Origin: an uncultured bacterium
GTDB taxonomy: Bacteria > Actinomycetota > Acidimicrobiia > Spongiisociales > UBA4744
Reading direction: 5' to 3'
Assembly: GCA_963827865.1 (NCBI GenBank)
Contig: CAWHCO010000004.1
Location: 388,686 to 452,685 of the forward strand
Length of the DNA stretch: 64,000 nt
Positions 47,283 through 56,849 of the stretch are shown here, one piece after another (positions within the stretch are counted from its first letter, which is position 1; each line of letters opens with the position of its first letter). The translations under genes and the position numbers were made by a program. The notes beneath the pieces are model-generated. The model had not been told where the DNA came from. It was given only the letters and a program-made list of their open reading frames with translations, and ran no database searches.

Positions 47283-48265
47283 CCGAAGCTCCAGATCACA
47301 ACCTCGCCCTCGACCTCGTTCGTGTCACCGAGGTAGCGGCCATGGCAGCCGCTCGCTGGCAGGGGCGCGGCGACAAGGACCGTGTCGATCAGGCGGCAGT
47401 CGACGGTATGCGAGCCGTACTGTCGACCGTCGGAATCGCCGGAACGATCGTCATCGGTGAAGGGGAGAAGGACAACGCGCCGATGCTGTTCAACGGCGAG
47501 AAGGTGGGTTCCGGCAGAGGGCTCGAGGTAGACGTGGCCGTCGACCCTGTCGACGGGACACGGCTCACCGCCGGCGGCATGCCCGGCGCGCTGGCGGTGA
47601 TCGCCATGGCCGAAGCTGGGACGATGTACGCGCCCGGCAGCCTCGTCTACATGGACAAGATCGCCGTCGGGCCCCGTGCAGCCGGCACCATCGATCTCGA
47701 TGCTCCGGTTGCCCACAACCTCCGCCACATCGCCAAAGCACTCTCCAAGGACGTCAACGACCTCACGGTCATCATTCTGGATCGTCCTCGCAACATGAGA
47801 TACGTGGACGCGGTTCGCGAAGAGGGCGCCCGGATCAGGCTCATCACAGATGGCGACGTGTTGGCCGCTATCGCAACCGTCGAAGAGGACTCCGGCATCG
47901 ACATGCTCATCGGAATCGGTGGTTCCCCGGAAGCGGTCATCGCAGCCGGTGCGCTCACGTGCCTTGGCGGGGAGATCCAGTGCAGGCTCTGGCCGAGGGA
48001 CGAGTCGGAGAGGGCCTACGCGCTCGAGAACGCGCTCGACATCGACAGTGTTCTGACCACGAGAGATCTCGTGAACTCCGACAACGTATTCTTTGCCGCC
48101 ACGGGCGTGACCGATGGTGAACTCCTCGACGGCGTCCACTTCTTCGCCGATGGCGCGACCACCCACTCGGTGGTGATGCGCTCCAAGACCGGCGCCGTTC
48201 GGTATGTGAAGACCAACCACAACCTGGCCAAGTTGGAGAAGCTCAGCAGAGTGCCACTGAGTTGA
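47279..48265 (+). CDS. glpX: Fructose-1,6-bisphosphatase class II.
   Basis: GEGEKDNAPML, VDPVDGT, GIGGSPEAV. ATGA overlap with the thiolase stop. Confidence 0.9.
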   Translation: MTEAPDHNLALDLVRVTEVAAMAAARWQGRGDKDRVDQAAVDGMRAVLSTVGIAGTIVIGEGEKDNAPMLFNGEKVGSGRGLEVDVAVDPVDGTRLTAGGMPGALAVIAMAEAGTMYAPGSLVYMDKIAVGPRAAGTIDLDAPVAHNLRHIAKALSKDVNDLTVIILDRPRNMRYVDAVREEGARIRLITDGDVLAAIATVEEDSGIDMLIGIGGSPEAVIAAGALTCLGGEIQCRLWPRDESERAYALENALDIDSVLTTRDLVNSDNVFFAATGVTDGELLDGVHFFADGATTHSVVMRSKTGAVRYVKTNHNLAKLEKLSRVPLS

Positions 48266-48285
48266 CTCGCTTCGCGAGTCGTAGT

Positions 48286-48585
48286 CGGTCATCAGTTGTC
48301 GGTTGTCGGTAGGAACTGTCGATGTCGAGGGCGGACAAGGAACGGCATCTCGCTCCAGCCTCGAACAACCAGACGCCCGCGCAACCCTGGAACGAAGACG
48401 ATCGACCAGCGAGTCGGCAACGGCTATGGGACTCACTATCGGTTCTCGGTTGTCGGTGGGAACGAGCCGACAGCCAACAGCGGAGCGCCGACCGTCGGCA
48501 ACACTCTGTGTCAAGCCAACACGAACCGCTGAGGCGACCCTCTTGCCCAGAACCCACAACCGAGAACGCGAGCGAATCTCGCCCT
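48286..48585. repeat. Cluster of the dispersed repeat family in the convergent glpX/HAD intergenic region. Two inverted cores (48296-48318 and 48437-48465), a CAGCCAACAG segment, and a forward partial core CCCACAACCGAGAACGCGAGCG.
   Basis: Reverse complements read GTTCCTACCGACAACCGACAAC and CGTTCCCACCGACAACCGAGAACC. Confidence 0.7.
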
Positions 48586-49222
48586 AGATCACTCCCCCCG
48601 CCCGTAGGGCCCCCAACAGACTCGAGGCAGTCGGCACACCTGCCTGTCGGATCTGGTCCCGCGGGAACGTCCCTCGGTCGTACATGACGCACCGGGTGCC
48701 GGCGGCACGGGCCGCGGCGATGTCGTCGAGAGCATCGCCGATGATCACGACTTCCAGCTTCGATAGGCCCAGCGCCTCGATGTGACTTTCGAGGGACGCT
48801 TGCTTCGGCACACCCCGGACCCCTCTTAGACCGTCGACGCGACGCATGAACCGGTCGACTCCGAACATCGAAGTCATGTTCACGAGATCATCGTGCGACA
48901 GCATCGAGAGCAACGACTGAGTATGCCCTGCAGCATCGACCGCTTCGAGGGCTTCCGTTGCATCCGGGGCAAGCGCGACGTTTGGGAGCTGTGAACGGTA
49001 GGCGTCATGGAACAGCTCATCGATGAGCCGCCACTCGTCATCGTGGACGGCCCTACCGAAGAGCGACTCGTAGAAACGACGTACGGGGCGCTGATAGTGC
49101 GCCCCGTACGTGGCTACGGAGATTGGGGATTCGCCCAGTTCTCTCAGTGTTGCGTTGACGGCGGCGATCACCTGGTCGAGATCGTCGAGCAGCGTGCCGT
49201 TCCAATCCCAGACGACGTGCAC
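48584..49222 (-). CDS. HAD-superfamily hydrolase (phosphatase).
   Basis: MHVVWDWNGTLLDD (motif I), ...VIIGDALDDIAAARAAG (motif IV). Confidence 0.75.
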   Translation of the reverse strand: MHVVWDWNGTLLDDLDQVIAAVNATLRELGESPISVATYGAHYQRPVRRFYESLFGRAVHDDEWRLIDELFHDAYRSQLPNVALAPDATEALEAVDAAGHTQSLLSMLSHDDLVNMTSMFGVDRFMRRVDGLRGVRGVPKQASLESHIEALGLSKLEVVIIGDALDDIAAARAAGTRCVMYDRGTFPRDQIRQAGVPTASSLLGALRAGGVI

Positions 49223-49527
49223 CGCCGATTGACTACTCCGCGAACGCGACGGCGGAGGCCGGTGGCCGGCTTGAAGAACGCGTACTTGGTGGCGGCAATG
49301 GTGATCTCTTCACCTGTGGCGGGGTTGTGCCCCTTGCGGGCAGAGCGACTCCGAGTGCCGAACTTGCCGAAACCGGCGATCTCAACCTTGCGGCCTGCAT
49401 CCAGTTCGACGGCGATAATGCCCTCACCTGGCTTCGACGAGAAGATCTCTTCGATCACCTCAGAAGCCTTGGTCTTTGTCAGACCAGTCTTCTTGGCCAG
49501 CTTCTCGACCATCTCTTTCTTGTTCAC
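49168..49527 (-). CDS. hup: Nucleoid-associated protein HU with a roughly 25-aa basic C-terminal extension.
   Basis: GTG start; MNKKEMVEKLAKKTGLTKTKASEVIEE...GFGKFGTRSRSARKGHNPATGEEITIAATKYAFFKP. The tail overlaps the HAD start by 55 nt in another frame. Confidence 0.8.
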   Translation of the reverse strand: MNKKEMVEKLAKKTGLTKTKASEVIEEIFSSKPGEGIIAVELDAGRKVEIAGFGKFGTRSRSARKGHNPATGEEITIAATKYAFFKPATGLRRRVRGVVNRRCTSSGIGTARCSTISTR

Positions 49528-49634
49528 GAGTTCTCCCTCGTTCACGCGCCGCTCGTTCCCGGCGCTCGGTACAGCTGGTCGTCGCGTCCGACGACACCGA
49601 GAATCTACCCGTTTCCCCCCGCTTTGTGGGGGAT

Positions 49635-50231
49635 TCAGGGCATTTCACGCCGACCGACGAGCGCTCGGCCGAGCGTCAACTCGTCGGCGTAGTCCAAATC
49701 GCCACCCACGGGTAGACCGCTCGCGAGTCGTGTGACACGAACATTGAGCGCCTTCAACTCCCGTGCAAGGTACATCGCGGTGGTGTCGCCTTCGACGGTC
49801 GGGTTGGTGGCGACGATCACCTCTTCTACACCTTCGGCGGGAACGCGTCCCAACAACTCGGAGATGTGAAGCTGCGACGCCCCGATGCCGGCAATCGGAG
49901 ACAGTGCCCCTCCGAGCACGTGATAGCGCCCTCGGAACTCCTGTGTCCTCTCGATCACCACGATGTCCTGCGGCCTTTCGACGACGCACAGGACCGTCAG
50001 ATCCCGTTTCGCATCCCGGCAGATCACGCACTCCTCGTAGGCCGCCACGTTGAAGCATCGACTGCACGTGTGTACCTGTGCCCGCATGTCGATGATCGCG
50101 TGCGCAAGGCGCTGGGCGTCTGCATCTTCGGTCGCCATCAGATGGAACGCGAGACGCTGAGCGGACTTCCTTCCGATCCCGGGAAGCCGGGCGAGTTCGT
50201 CGATGACACGCTGAACGGGGGCGGCAAACAT
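49635..50231 (-). CDS. recR: Recombination protein RecR.
   Basis: LPGIGRKSAQRLAFHL, C4 zinc finger CSRCFNVAAYEECVIC, Toprim domain. Confidence 0.9.
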   Translation of the reverse strand: MFAAPVQRVIDELARLPGIGRKSAQRLAFHLMATEDADAQRLAHAIIDMRAQVHTCSRCFNVAAYEECVICRDAKRDLTVLCVVERPQDIVVIERTQEFRGRYHVLGGALSPIAGIGASQLHISELLGRVPAEGVEEVIVATNPTVEGDTTAMYLARELKALNVRVTRLASGLPVGGDLDYADELTLGRALVGRREMP

Positions 50232-50554
50232 CAGTCGAACAGGTTGCCCAACCCGCCGCCGGTGACATCCCCCATCTGATCCTGCGCGGCTCCCGAGGCG
50301 GCTTCGAGAGCCTGGTTCACGGCGGCCACCACGAGATCACCGAGCATCTCGGCGTCGTCGGGATCGATCACCGCGGGGTCGATGTCCACCGACACCACCG
50401 AGCCCCCTCCGGTCACCTTGGCCTTGACGACCCCGCCGCCCGAGGTTCCCTCGAACTCGGAGTCGGCAAGCCGCTGCTGCACGATGGCCATCTGCTCCTG
50501 CATCTGTTGCGCCTGCTGAAGAAGCCTGCGCATGTCCTGTGGTCGCATTCCCAT
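50231..50554 (-). CDS. ybaB: YbaB/EbfC nucleoid-associated protein.
   Basis: MGMRPQDMRRLLQQAQQMQEQM...; conserved position between dnaX and recR. Confidence 0.9.
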   Translation of the reverse strand: MGMRPQDMRRLLQQAQQMQEQMAIVQQRLADSEFEGTSGGGVVKAKVTGGGSVVSVDIDPAVIDPDDAEMLGDLVVAAVNQALEAASGAAQDQMGDVTGGGLGNLFD

Positions 50555-50567
50555 GCGTACCAGGGTA

Positions 50568-52337
50568 TCAGGGGAGGTCGTCGATCACTTGACCCCCGAG
50601 GAGGCCCTCGACGAGTGCCGTTGGATCGGTTGCAGTCGATCCCTCTTCGAGATCGTGTTTGTCGGGCGCTCTCTCCTCGTTCCCATCCTCGGCCGGCGCG
50701 CCCGCCGATCGGAACACGACCTGGATAGAACCGCCAATCAGCTCAGATGCCCGGTCGGCGACCGTTCTTGCGATGGAGGGATCGCCGTTGATCTGCGCCA
50801 GGTGGAACGCGAGATGCTCGGGAATCAGGAGTACGACCGTCGTTCCCTCGACATGTCCGGGACTCGCCTCCCTGAACATCGCTAGTCGTCTCGGTCCGAG
50901 TTCATCCCTCACTGAACCGACGAGTGCCGGCCACACAGCCTCGAACTCCTCGATCGTCAGCGCGTCGGGCGGAGGCAACGTCGCTGATGGCTCATCGCGT
51001 GGAGCCTTGTCTTCGGGGGGTGGCTCCTCCTTCGGTGTCGGCTCTGGCTCCTTTTCGGGTCGCTTCATCTCTGGCACCTTCGCCTCGGCCATCGATGAGG
51101 CTCGAACCGGCTCGACACGGGACTCCGAAGTCACCTGTGGACGCGGCTCTCTGGCCATCCGTTTGAGTGCCTGTTCCACCTTGTCCATTCGCACCCCGAC
51201 CGATGCCACGTCGGGACTCGTCTCGGGTCGGGTCAGCTTCAGCAGCGTCAGCTCGAGCATGAGTCGCTCTTCTCGACCTTCCCTCAGCCGCACCAAGGCC
51301 TCGCCCAGATGATCGACTGCGCGAAGCACCTCGGCCGCGGGCAGGGTCTTGGCCATCGCACGCCACGTCTCGAGTGTGGATTCGGGCTCGTCGACGACCT
51401 CCGCGAGGTTCGGCGCGTAGTGGGCGAGAAACACCCCTCTGAAAGATGCGATCGCCTCGCCGACGAACCTGCGAAGATCCACCCCCTCTGACGACAGTCT
51501 GGCGACCAGCTCCAGGGCGCTCTTCGCGTCTCGCTTGACGATCGCGGACGCCAAGCTGGTGAACGCCTCAGAGTCGGCGAGCCCAAGAGCCCTGTTGACG
51601 CCGTCGACCGTCACGTGCTGCTCACCGAGGGCGGCGACCTGCTCCAACAGACTCAGCGCATCTCGAACGGAACCGGCGGCCCGGCGCGCGACGGTCGTCA
51701 ACGCCAGGTCGTCAGACTCGTACCCCTCGGCGTCGCCGATCCTGCGAAGCTCCTTGACGATCACGTCAACCGGAACCTGCCTGAAGTCGAAACGCTGGGT
51801 TCTACTCCGGACCGTGTCGAGCAGCTTGTACGGCTCGGTGGTGGCCAGAACGAAGTGGACGTGCTCGGGCGGTTCCTCGAGCGTTTTCAGCAGCGCATTA
51901 CCGGCGGCCTTCGAGAGCATGTGCGCTTCGTCGAGGATGAACACCCGCTTTGCGCCGCGACCCCACGCGACGGTTGACACGCTGACTCGCATCTCCCTGA
52001 TGTCCTCCACACTGTTGTGGGAGGCGGCGTCGAGTTCGATCACATCGAGTGACGAGCCTTCGCCGATAGCCACGCACGACTCACACACGCCGCACGGTTC
52101 GCCGTCGACCGAACGATCGGGGCAGTTCAACGCCTTCGCGAGCACCCTCGCCGTGCTCGTCTTGCCCGTGCCGCGAGGGCCGGCGAACAGATAGGCGTGC
52201 GCGACCCGCCCTTCGGTGACTTCCCTCGACAACGTTCCTGTGACGTGATCCTGGCCGATGATTTCGGAGAAACGCTGGGGCCGGTAGGTGCGATAGATCG
52301 CCTGGTACTCCACTGCGTGCGATAGTAGCCGGGGCAT
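50568..52337 (-). CDS. dnaX: DNA polymerase III subunits gamma/tau.
   Basis: AYLFAGPRGTGKTSTARVLAKALNC, Cys4 zinc module, ILDEAHML, SRTQRFDF. Confidence 0.9.
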   Translation of the reverse strand: MPRLLSHAVEYQAIYRTYRPQRFSEIIGQDHVTGTLSREVTEGRVAHAYLFAGPRGTGKTSTARVLAKALNCPDRSVDGEPCGVCESCVAIGEGSSLDVIELDAASHNSVEDIREMRVSVSTVAWGRGAKRVFILDEAHMLSKAAGNALLKTLEEPPEHVHFVLATTEPYKLLDTVRSRTQRFDFRQVPVDVIVKELRRIGDAEGYESDDLALTTVARRAAGSVRDALSLLEQVAALGEQHVTVDGVNRALGLADSEAFTSLASAIVKRDAKSALELVARLSSEGVDLRRFVGEAIASFRGVFLAHYAPNLAEVVDEPESTLETWRAMAKTLPAAEVLRAVDHLGEALVRLREGREERLMLELTLLKLTRPETSPDVASVGVRMDKVEQALKRMAREPRPQVTSESRVEPVRASSMAEAKVPEMKRPEKEPEPTPKEEPPPEDKAPRDEPSATLPPPDALTIEEFEAVWPALVGSVRDELGPRRLAMFREASPGHVEGTTVVLLIPEHLAFHLAQINGDPSIARTVADRASELIGGSIQVVFRSAGAPAEDGNEERAPDKHDLEEGSTATDPTALVEGLLGGQVIDDLP

Positions 52338-52406
52338 GGGGCAGGCGTCCTGCCGCGGTCAAGTACATGGATCCCTGAACCGATACGCTATGTCATCAGG
52401 AGTTCA

Positions 52407-53201
52407 GTGGACACCACCGGTACCAACGACCCAACTTCGCCGCCCGCAGTGTGGGCACGCGGCCTCGTACGGCGCTTCGGCAAGAAGACCGCCGTCGACG
52501 ACGTCAGCCTTTCTATCCAGCCTGGGGAGTTCTATGGCCTGCTCGGCCCCAACGGTGCAGGCAAGACCACCACTATCAAGATGATCGTCGGACTGCTGCG
52601 ACCGACTGCCGGTTCGGCCGGGATCGCCTCGTTCGACACGTGGCGGCAACCGATCGAAGTGAAGCGCAGAGTCGGTGTGCTCCCCGAGGAGTTCAACCTC
52701 TACGACCGATTGACCGGCTCGGAGCTCCTCGACTTCACAGGAGCGATGCATCACGTCACCAAAGTGGACACCCGAGAACGCCGGGACGAGTTGCTGCACC
52801 TGCTCGATCTCGAGGACGCTGCCTCCGTCCTCGTCGCCGACTACTCACGGGGCATGCGCAAGAAGCTGGCGCTTGCTGCGGCGGTGATCCACGCTCCACC
52901 CGTGCTCTTCTTGGATGAGCCGTTCGAAGGAGTTGATCCCGTCTCGGCGAGGCTCATCCGGCGACTGCTCCAGACCTACACGGCCCAGGGTGCGACGATC
53001 GTGTTCTCGTCCCATGTGATGGACCTTGTCGAAAGGCTCTGCTCCAAGGTGGGGATCATGCTTCACGGGCGTCTCGTTGCCGAGTCGACTCCCGCGGACC
53101 TCAAGGCGAGGCACGGTTCGATGGAGGACGCCTTCATGAGCGCGGTTGGCGCGGAGGATCTCGGTGAGGGGTTGCGGTGGTTAACCGACTCGTCTGGCTG
53201 A
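52407..53201 (+). CDS. ABC transporter ATP-binding protein (ABC-2 type).
   Basis: GTG start; GLLGPNGAGKTTT, YSRGMRKKLALA, LFLDEP. Confidence 0.85.
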   Translation: MDTTGTNDPTSPPAVWARGLVRRFGKKTAVDDVSLSIQPGEFYGLLGPNGAGKTTTIKMIVGLLRPTAGSAGIASFDTWRQPIEVKRRVGVLPEEFNLYDRLTGSELLDFTGAMHHVTKVDTRERRDELLHLLDLEDAASVLVADYSRGMRKKLALAAAVIHAPPVLFLDEPFEGVDPVSARLIRRLLQTYTAQGATIVFSSHVMDLVERLCSKVGIMLHGRLVAESTPADLKARHGSMEDAFMSAVGAEDLGEGLRWLTDSSG

Positions 53202-54775
53202 AATGGCGCCTCCTCGTCAACGGGCTTCGTCGTGACCGCCAGCGGAGTGTGGGCTTCCCTCTCGTCCTGATCCTCATCGTGTGGGTGTCGTTCTGGCTGT
53301 CGGACCACTTCACGGCGACCGTCATGACGCTCTCCGGTACGGCTCGCATCGAGTACGGCTACTGGGCGGCGCTTCTCGCGTGGCTCGGATGGACCACGCT
53401 CCCGGTGCTGCTCTTTCCACTCGACGAGACCCTCGATCCTGCTCGCTTCTCGCTTGCGCCGATCACGCATGGCAAGCTCATGGTGGGGCTAACGGCTGCA
53501 GCTCTGATCACACCCACGCTGTTCGTCCCCCTCATATTGCTGATCGCCGACCTCCGCCTGTACGCCCCGACCTCGCCAATCGCCTGGCTCGCCGCTGTAG
53601 CGCTCCTCCTGTTGATGATCGTCACTGGCCGCACGTTCTCCGGTCTCGTCACCAGGATTCTGCGCGGACGGAGGGGCAGAGATCTAGCCATGGTGCTCGT
53701 CGGCTCGCTCGGCGTGGTCGGGTTCGCTTTCCAACAGATCATCGATCGCACCGTCCACCGACTGGGCCTGTCTGGAGCGCTGACGGCGCACCCTCTCTCG
53801 ACTGCCGGCTGGTGGCTTCCACCCGTCGCCGCCCAGCGCGCCATCTCCGAGGCCGGGCTCGGACACTGGGTGACGGCGCTCGGGTCGTTCGCTATTGCCG
53901 GCGCATGGATCGTCGTAATCGCCGGCGTGTGGAGAGTGCTGATCGACCGCCTCACAACCCTCCCGGAAACGACGGCCATCTCGACCGCGAGGAAGAACGG
54001 TCATGGGTTCACCAGATTGCCTGGGTGGTCGGTGCCGATTCTCATCGCTCGCAAGGAACTCCGTTTCTACCTTCGTGATCCACGGGAGCGGATGGTGTGG
54101 ACCGGAGCCGTGATCTTCCTCGGGGTGATCGCAGCATCGGTGCTCGTCGGGACCGCCACCCTCACACAGCTCCGTCTCAGCCCCTGGCTTCCACTTCTCG
54201 GACCGCTCGTCGTGGTATTCGTCGGACTTCCTGTCGCGCTGAATCAGTTCGGCTGGGAACGTAACGCGGCGTCGTTCCTCTTCGCGCTACCCGCCAAGCC
54301 GACACACATGATCCTCGGCAAGAACCTCGCGACGTCCGCGGCGATCCTCACCGAGGCCGCTGCTCTCTCTGTGATGCTTGCCGCCATCTCCGGTCGGTGG
54401 GCGGTGCTCGGCGTCATCCCTCCCCTCGCGGTGACCGCCGTAGCCTGCCAGCTCGCCGTCGGGAACATCGTGTCCGTGGTTGCACCACTTCGACTCCCGA
54501 ACGTCGGAACCGACATGTTCGCCCAGGCATCCGAGCAGGGGTGCCTCTCCGTTGGAGCCCAGGTCGCGTCGTTCTTTGTCATCGTTCTACTCCTGACGCC
54601 GTCTGTCTCCGCATTCGCCCTCGTCGTCTCGTTCAGTCAGGCTCTGTCCCCGTGGATCGCGACGGTGGGTTCGCTCCTGTGGGGAGCGATCGTGTACGGC
54701 GTTGGCCTCTTCGTCTCGAGCAAGATCTTGTCTCGTCGCCTTCCCGAGATGGTGGCGCTGGTACAGACGATGTAG
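53177..54775 (+). CDS. ABC-2 family transporter permease (large, about 12 TM helices).
   Basis: 532 aa of hydrophobic helices, overlapping the ATPase gene. Confidence 0.7.
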   Translation: MVNRLVWLKWRLLVNGLRRDRQRSVGFPLVLILIVWVSFWLSDHFTATVMTLSGTARIEYGYWAALLAWLGWTTLPVLLFPLDETLDPARFSLAPITHGKLMVGLTAAALITPTLFVPLILLIADLRLYAPTSPIAWLAAVALLLLMIVTGRTFSGLVTRILRGRRGRDLAMVLVGSLGVVGFAFQQIIDRTVHRLGLSGALTAHPLSTAGWWLPPVAAQRAISEAGLGHWVTALGSFAIAGAWIVVIAGVWRVLIDRLTTLPETTAISTARKNGHGFTRLPGWSVPILIARKELRFYLRDPRERMVWTGAVIFLGVIAASVLVGTATLTQLRLSPWLPLLGPLVVVFVGLPVALNQFGWERNAASFLFALPAKPTHMILGKNLATSAAILTEAAALSVMLAAISGRWAVLGVIPPLAVTAVACQLAVGNIVSVVAPLRLPNVGTDMFAQASEQGCLSVGAQVASFFVIVLLLTPSVSAFALVVSFSQALSPWIATVGSLLWGAIVYGVGLFVSSKILSRRLPEMVALVQTM

Positions 54776-54787
54776 CTCGCTCCCTTC

Positions 54788-55005
54788 GGTCGCAGCCAAC
54801 AGCTCACAGCCAACAGCAGCCTGCCAGCACGCGACCCAAAGTCACCACACGACCACAGGGGAACCTCCCACCAGTGCCCGAACCCCTCAACCGCACCTGA
54901 CTGGTCCTACCGACAACCGAGAACCGAGAACGGCGGGCGCAGCCCGGTGAGGTCGCGTACCAGGTACGAGGTACGTTCCCTGGGGCGAACTGGCTCGCTC
55001 CAGGG
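54788..55005. repeat. Copy of the dispersed repeat family: CAGCCAACAGCTCACAGCCAACAGCAGCC, then core GGTCCTACCGACAACCGAGAACCGAGAACGG, then TACCAGGTACGAGGTACG, then hairpin TTCCCTGG-N16-CCAGGGAA.
   Basis: Read from the sequence, between the ABC permease and the nucleotidase gene. Confidence 0.7.
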
Positions 55006-55017
55006 AACTCTCTACCC

Positions 55018-55587
55018 TTGCTGAGCATGAGATCCCTCCGCCTCGGTATCGACCTCGACGGTGTCGTCGCCGATTTCAACGCGGGATGGATCAGGCGATA
55101 CAACGTCGAGTTCGGCGGCGAGATCCCGGTCGACGCCGTCCAGACATGGGACGGGCTTCACACGCTCACCCACTTCCGCGACAACCGTGAGTTCTGGACG
55201 TGGGCGTCCGGGCATGGAGGTGGCTCGATCTTCCGTCACCTCGACCCCTACGCCGGCGCCGTCGAGACGCTGAACACCCTCCGCGGAACAGGCCACCAGA
55301 TAGTCGTCATCACCTCCAAACCGGGATGGGCGGTCCACGACACATTCGCCTGGCTCGCCGATCGACGCATCCCCACGCGCGAGGTACACATCATCGAACA
55401 CAAGTGGACCGTCGCCTGCGACGTCTATCTCGACGATGCGCCACACCAGGTAGCGTCACTCCTTCGCAACCGCCCCGACGCCGCCGTCTGCCGCTTCATC
55501 CGCCCGTGGAACCATCCCGTTGAGGGCAGCATCGACATAGCGTCCTGGTCTGATTTCGCGACCTTCGTGGCACGTCTCGCCAACTAG
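55018..55587 (+). CDS. 5'(3')-deoxyribonucleotidase-like HAD nucleotidase (NT5C family).
   Basis: GIDLDGVVADF motif I, ...VVITSKP..., YLDDAPH. Confidence 0.75.
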   Translation: MLSMRSLRLGIDLDGVVADFNAGWIRRYNVEFGGEIPVDAVQTWDGLHTLTHFRDNREFWTWASGHGGGSIFRHLDPYAGAVETLNTLRGTGHQIVVITSKPGWAVHDTFAWLADRRIPTREVHIIEHKWTVACDVYLDDAPHQVASLLRNRPDAAVCRFIRPWNHPVEGSIDIASWSDFATFVARLAN

Positions 55588-55673
55588 GACCAGGTGCCGT
55601 CGACCGACTACGATCGACAGTGCGTCGCGGCTTTCCGCGACAAGGAACTCGTCTACGAGTAAGGAAGGGCGGA

Positions 55674-56781
55674 ATGAAGAGCTGGAGATTCCTTTTGCTC
55701 GTCGCGGCATTCGCACTTGTCGCCGCAGCGTGCGGCGGTACTGGGGCCACCACCACGACAGCAGCTCCCGTAACAACTGCCGCACCCACAACAACGGCAG
55801 CACCCACAACAACGGCAGCACCCACAACAACTGAAGCAATGGCATCGGTCGGAAGCGCTGACAACCCGATCAAAGTGTTGTTCGTACCATCGGTCGATGC
55901 TCAAGTCATCGTCGCCGGTGGCGAGATCATGGCCGACGCGCTCGAATCAGGCGACCGGGCTCACCTTCGAAGTGAGCGTGCCGACGTCGTACGCGGCGAC
56001 GATCGAAGAGATGTGTGCCTCGCCGACCAACACCATCGGTTTCATCCCGGCCCTCGGGTACGCCCTCGCCAGCGATCGTTGCGGCGTTGATGTGGCCTTC
56101 AAGGCCGTCCGGTACGGATGGTCCGTCTACTGGTCGCAGATCCTGGTTGGCCGCGACAGCGGCCTCAACACGCTGGAGGACCTCGACGGGAAGAAGTGGG
56201 CCTACCCTGACACCGGATCTACGTCCGGCTACATGGTCCCCACCCTCATGTTCAACGAGGCAGGCATCACGCCGGGCGAGACGGTCGAAGCTGGCAGTCA
56301 CGAAGCTGGCGTGCTCGCCGTCTACAACGGCCAGGCAGACTTCTCCACATCGTTCTTCAGCCCACCGCTGCTTCCGAGCGGAAGCTGGGCAGAAGGCGAC
56401 CCGCCGGACGTGCCGGATGACTTGGTCAGCTCGTGCGCTCCGACCGAAGACGGCAGCAAGCTGATGTGCGGCGACCTGCGCGTGCTCGACGCACGCGCCA
56501 ACGTTCGCACCGACGCCCCCGACATCATCCAGAAGGTGAAGATCCTTATGATCTCACCACCCATCCCGAACGACACCCTGTCCTTCGGACCGGACTTCCC
56601 CGCGGACGTCCGCAGCCAGATCGAAACCGCCCTCGTCGATTTCTCGCAGACCGATGCGTGGGCTCAGTCGATCGGAAACAACGACTTCTACGGCTGGACC
56701 GGCATCGCTCCTGCAACAGACGCCGAGTACGACCCTGTGCGCAAGATGGTCGCTCTCGTCGGGTATACCCCCGAAGGCTGA
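55674..56781 (+). CDS. phnD: Phosphonate ABC transporter substrate-binding lipoprotein PhnD, interrupted by a +1 frameshift near 55950-55960.
   Basis: Lipoprotein signal MKSWRFLLLVAAFALVAAACGG, Thr/Ala/Pro linker, then ...IKVLFVPSVDAQVIVAGGEIMADALE in one frame and ATGLTFEVSVPTSYAATIEEMCASPTNTIGFIP... in the +1 frame. The track splits this into ORFs 55620..56090 and 55897..56781. Confidence 0.7.
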
Positions 56782-56849
56782 TTGAGCATCCGATGCGAAC
56801 GAAGGAGGGGCAGGAGAGACATCTCCTGCCCCTCCTTCGCTAGAAAGGG

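Noticed and set aside
52338-52406. SRP RNA (ffs), often found upstream of dnaX
   Set aside because: Only a 70-bp divergent spacer to the ABC transporter gene is present, with no SRP domain IV motif.
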